Part shown: positions 61,178 to 64,000 of the stretch, one piece after another
Numbering within the stretch: the first letter of the stretch is position 1
Layout of the letters: every line of letters begins with the position of its first letter
From: Fimicolochytrium jonesii
Lineage: Eukaryota
Assembly (NCBI RefSeq): GCF_025526975.1
Contig: NW_026515673.1
Coordinates: 558,001-622,000, forward strand
DNA: 64,000 nt
Reading direction: 5' to 3'
The notes under the pieces: generated by a model
What the model was told of the DNA's origin: nothing
Databases searched by the model: none
What the model saw: the letters and a program-made list of their open reading frames with translations, nothing else
Translations under genes and position numbers: made by a program

Positions 61178-61959
61178 GGCTGTTTGTGGTTTCGGAACAG
61201 AAGGGGAAGTGGGGTATGAAGTTGAAGGTCGGGGGGACTGGGCTCGGCCAGCTACTCTTTATATATACGCCTGGCGCCATCACATTTCATGCCTCGCATC
61301 TCTGCACATTTGCTGCATATGTTGGGCTCCTTCCGGTTGCGCCAATCCGCAGGCCGGATACGCTGGACACCAGATTATCCTTGGCGGACTTTCGTTATGC
61401 CGCGCACCGGTTGCAACTTACAGTAATATCATGAGTTATGTACATACAAGGGGGCGACCGCGCAAATTCGACCATTTGAAGGCAGCCTGTCAATGACGTT
61501 TAGACAGGACGGCGCACGATTTATTCGAAAATTCTGAATGCGCGCAAAAGCCAGATTTGCATGCCTACGGTTGTGGATGTTGTACAGTAACAACAACTTG
61601 CATGGCTTGGGGGACATCGGAGCTGGCGGCGATTGTTTTTACCCCGTCGGAGCCCAGCTTCAATTCGAAAATGTCATCGACGGCCGGTGCAGGGACGCAC
61701 ATCGGGATCTTTTGCTTCCGGGGATACTAGTCTGGTCGTGCTTAAGAATCTGCTTCATCAGGACATTGAGAGATCATGAAGAAGTTGAAGCAGCCGCACT
61801 TTCTGGATGAAAGTAACCAACGGCAACGGCCAGCCGACCGGCGTCATCGACAGGGTGCCGACAACATTCACATTACGTACGGTAGTCCCGATGAGCTTCC
61901 CAAGCGACGTTTGCTTTCATAGTCGATATATACGTGCTAAAAGGACCGGAATTCAACCA

Positions 61960-62033
61960 GCTCCGCTAGCTCAGTTGGTCAGAGCGTGGTGCTAATAACG
62001 CCAAGGTCACAGGTTCGACCCCTGTGCGGAGCA
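61960..62033 (+). tRNA. tRNA-Ile (AAT)
   Basis: Third identical copy, followed by T-runs. Confidence 0.97.
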
Positions 62034-62328
62034 GTTTCCTTTTGTCCTTTTTCCTCACATGTCTCGTCGTTTTGCCGAGTAGTCGACCATACGGAGAGTG
62101 TGTACATATACAGAGTATGTAGGGAGCCTCGGTCGAGATTGGCTCCTTGTGGTACAGTATGTGATGAAATTATGTCCAAAATGATGAAAAAGATGTCTTA
62201 TGTACATGACGGAACTTTGTCCCGTTCATTTTGAAAAGTTCATCAGAGGCCCCTAATTACAAACTCCTCCCACGTCTTGTCCCAAAGGAGCTTCGCCCCC
62301 ATCTCAAGTGCGAGCTGGGCCTCAACAG

Positions 62329-64000
62329 CTAATCATCTATCTCCGAAGTTCTGACGACCTTGGAGAACCCAGCCATGTTTTGTTTAGCGTCTTCATCTTT
62401 CATGAGACTCAGTTTCTCCCTATTCTCAGCCAGAAGCTCCAGCATCGGTGGTAAAGGGGTTGCTTTGGCGAGAACTTCGAACACTGAAAGGACAATTGTG
62501 TTTAGTGCCATGTTCGTGGGCATGAAGCCCTTTGGACGCAATCCACTGATGGGCTCACTGTCACGGAACTCACTCGGTAGACACATATAATCAATGAATC
62601 CAATCTGACTTTGCGGGATGTTGATCTTCTCTCGGTCCATGAACGGACTAACTGGCATCCCACGCCGCCTTTCTTCGTCACCTTGATTCAGGAATTCCAA
62701 GATCAATCGATTGAGCCATTCGAAGTAGACGGGCCACTCTCGAGACAGATTAGACACATCGGCGCATTTGATGGCCATTTCCAGGAAAAGATTCCTGTCC
62801 TCCGTATTGTTGGCCGGGTCGAAGGCGCCCGGTGCTGAAAGCTAAGAATCGGTGCATTAGCTTCATAAGCCTCACACCGTTAGACCACAGTATTGGGACT
62901 GCACCAACCTTGTTTTTGAACATGGCAAGCTTTGTGAAATGGTTTGTCACGTCCGTCGCAAGAACCATCGAAATCACAAGCTCTCTAAACTTGTGAGCGT
63001 CATCAAGCGAGAAGTTCTCCACGATATTCGTATCCTCTTGATACATAATGGAAAATGCTGTGGCCAAATGGTGATTTTCGAGGACAGATCGATCGTTGTA
63101 CAGTACTGCAAGTGGGTCATGAGTTTCGATGAGAAACTTGTTATTCAGGCCGGGATGGTTCACATCTGTAAAACAACGTCACTCGTCAGTCATTAGGTCC
63201 CTTACGCATTGGCGGAAAGCCAGAGCACTCTTGCCATGGATTGCCGCTGCGATATATGAGGCGAACAGCTCCAGATCGGAGAGATTGGTATTGCTACAAA
63301 GAAGTATACAGTGCAAGCCGTGCAGTACATCGCCGGCGTGTATGGAATTATGATCTGAGAAGGTGACAGCGATTAGCCGCTGAAAAGCGTCGCCTATGAG
63401 GCCTGAACATGGTTGTCGCATACTCACATGGCACATCTGGATGGTACAAGTTTTCAACTTCCTCTAGGAATCGGTGTAGTTTCACTGCTGGTATTTGAAG
63501 TCGATCGGCAAGCCCGTCAGCCCGACACAAGTGCATTGCCATTGTGGACAATACTCTGCTGGGCATGACTTTTTCCAACTCAAAGATCGCCCAGTTCCAA
63601 TCATCCATTCCTTCGCATAAAGAATTTCGCCGAGCCATGCTGATCCTTGGGAGGCCAGGCTTATGAGGGGCGGTCGGTCGACCTCGCCGTGGAGAGGATG
63701 GATTAGACGGATCACGCATATCCACGACGACATCGATGGATGGCAGGGGTGCTGCGCCAACCCATGATATCGAATCAACCTGTGGTCTTCCTCTATCGTC
63801 CGATGCTTGATTGAGGGCTATACGGTGGGAAGATGGTGGAAGAGCAAATGAACCCGAATGTGTCATTGAGGCTGAGGGACCGTCCGGTGTGCCCTGACGA
63901 TCCGTCGGAGAACTCAAATTGTCGTGAGAGTTTAGGAAGACATAGCTAGCACCCATGCTCCAGTTCCGTGCATACATTGCCCCTCCCCCGCCAAGTCTCG
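62329..64000 (-). CDS. Class I cyclic-nucleotide phosphodiesterase, 3' part, multi-exon; continues beyond the window
   Basis: Motifs HNSIHAGDV, AAIH|D..HPGLNN, LYNDRSVLENHH, VLATD, KCADVSN, EFLNQGDEE and SQIGFID. Confidence 0.93.

Overview
Eukaryotic DNA with short GT-AG introns, most likely from an early-diverging fungus (chytrid-like; inferred from gene content and intron style). The window has two parts. (1) Positions 1-20 kb are a nested transposon cluster. A minus-strand Ty3/gypsy chromovirus carries a same-family LTR inserted into its own pol gene (5-bp TSD CTTGT), and the LTR-gag-protease-RT segment has been amplified into a 4-unit, ~3346-bp tandem array with five ~530-bp LTRs. The single RNaseH-integrase-chromodomain tail lies at 1-1946. 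The element shows a tRNA-independent, Tf1-like self-priming signature and a GGAUUUU + pseudoknot -1 frameshift signal. Differences between copies are mostly CpG>TpG changes. The array adjoins a probable PIF/Harbinger-type DNA transposon, which contains a Myb/SANT + NAM-associated gene, a spliced orphan gene whose first intron holds a related solo LTR, and one candidate TIR. (2) Positions 20-64 kb are compact host genes: VAC14, WDR55/JIP5, an ankyrin-RasGEF, UTP15, TOP2, an F-box protein, ROK1/DDX52, XRCC2 with a very long Q/P-rich N-terminus carrying repeated FxIP/FxMP motifs, a coiled-coil hypothetical, a chromodomain protein, three identical tRNA-Ile(AAT) genes, an HSF-type transcription factor, a heme-thiolate peroxidase and part of a class I phosphodiesterase. 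Exon boundaries of spliced genes were read by eye and are approximate.
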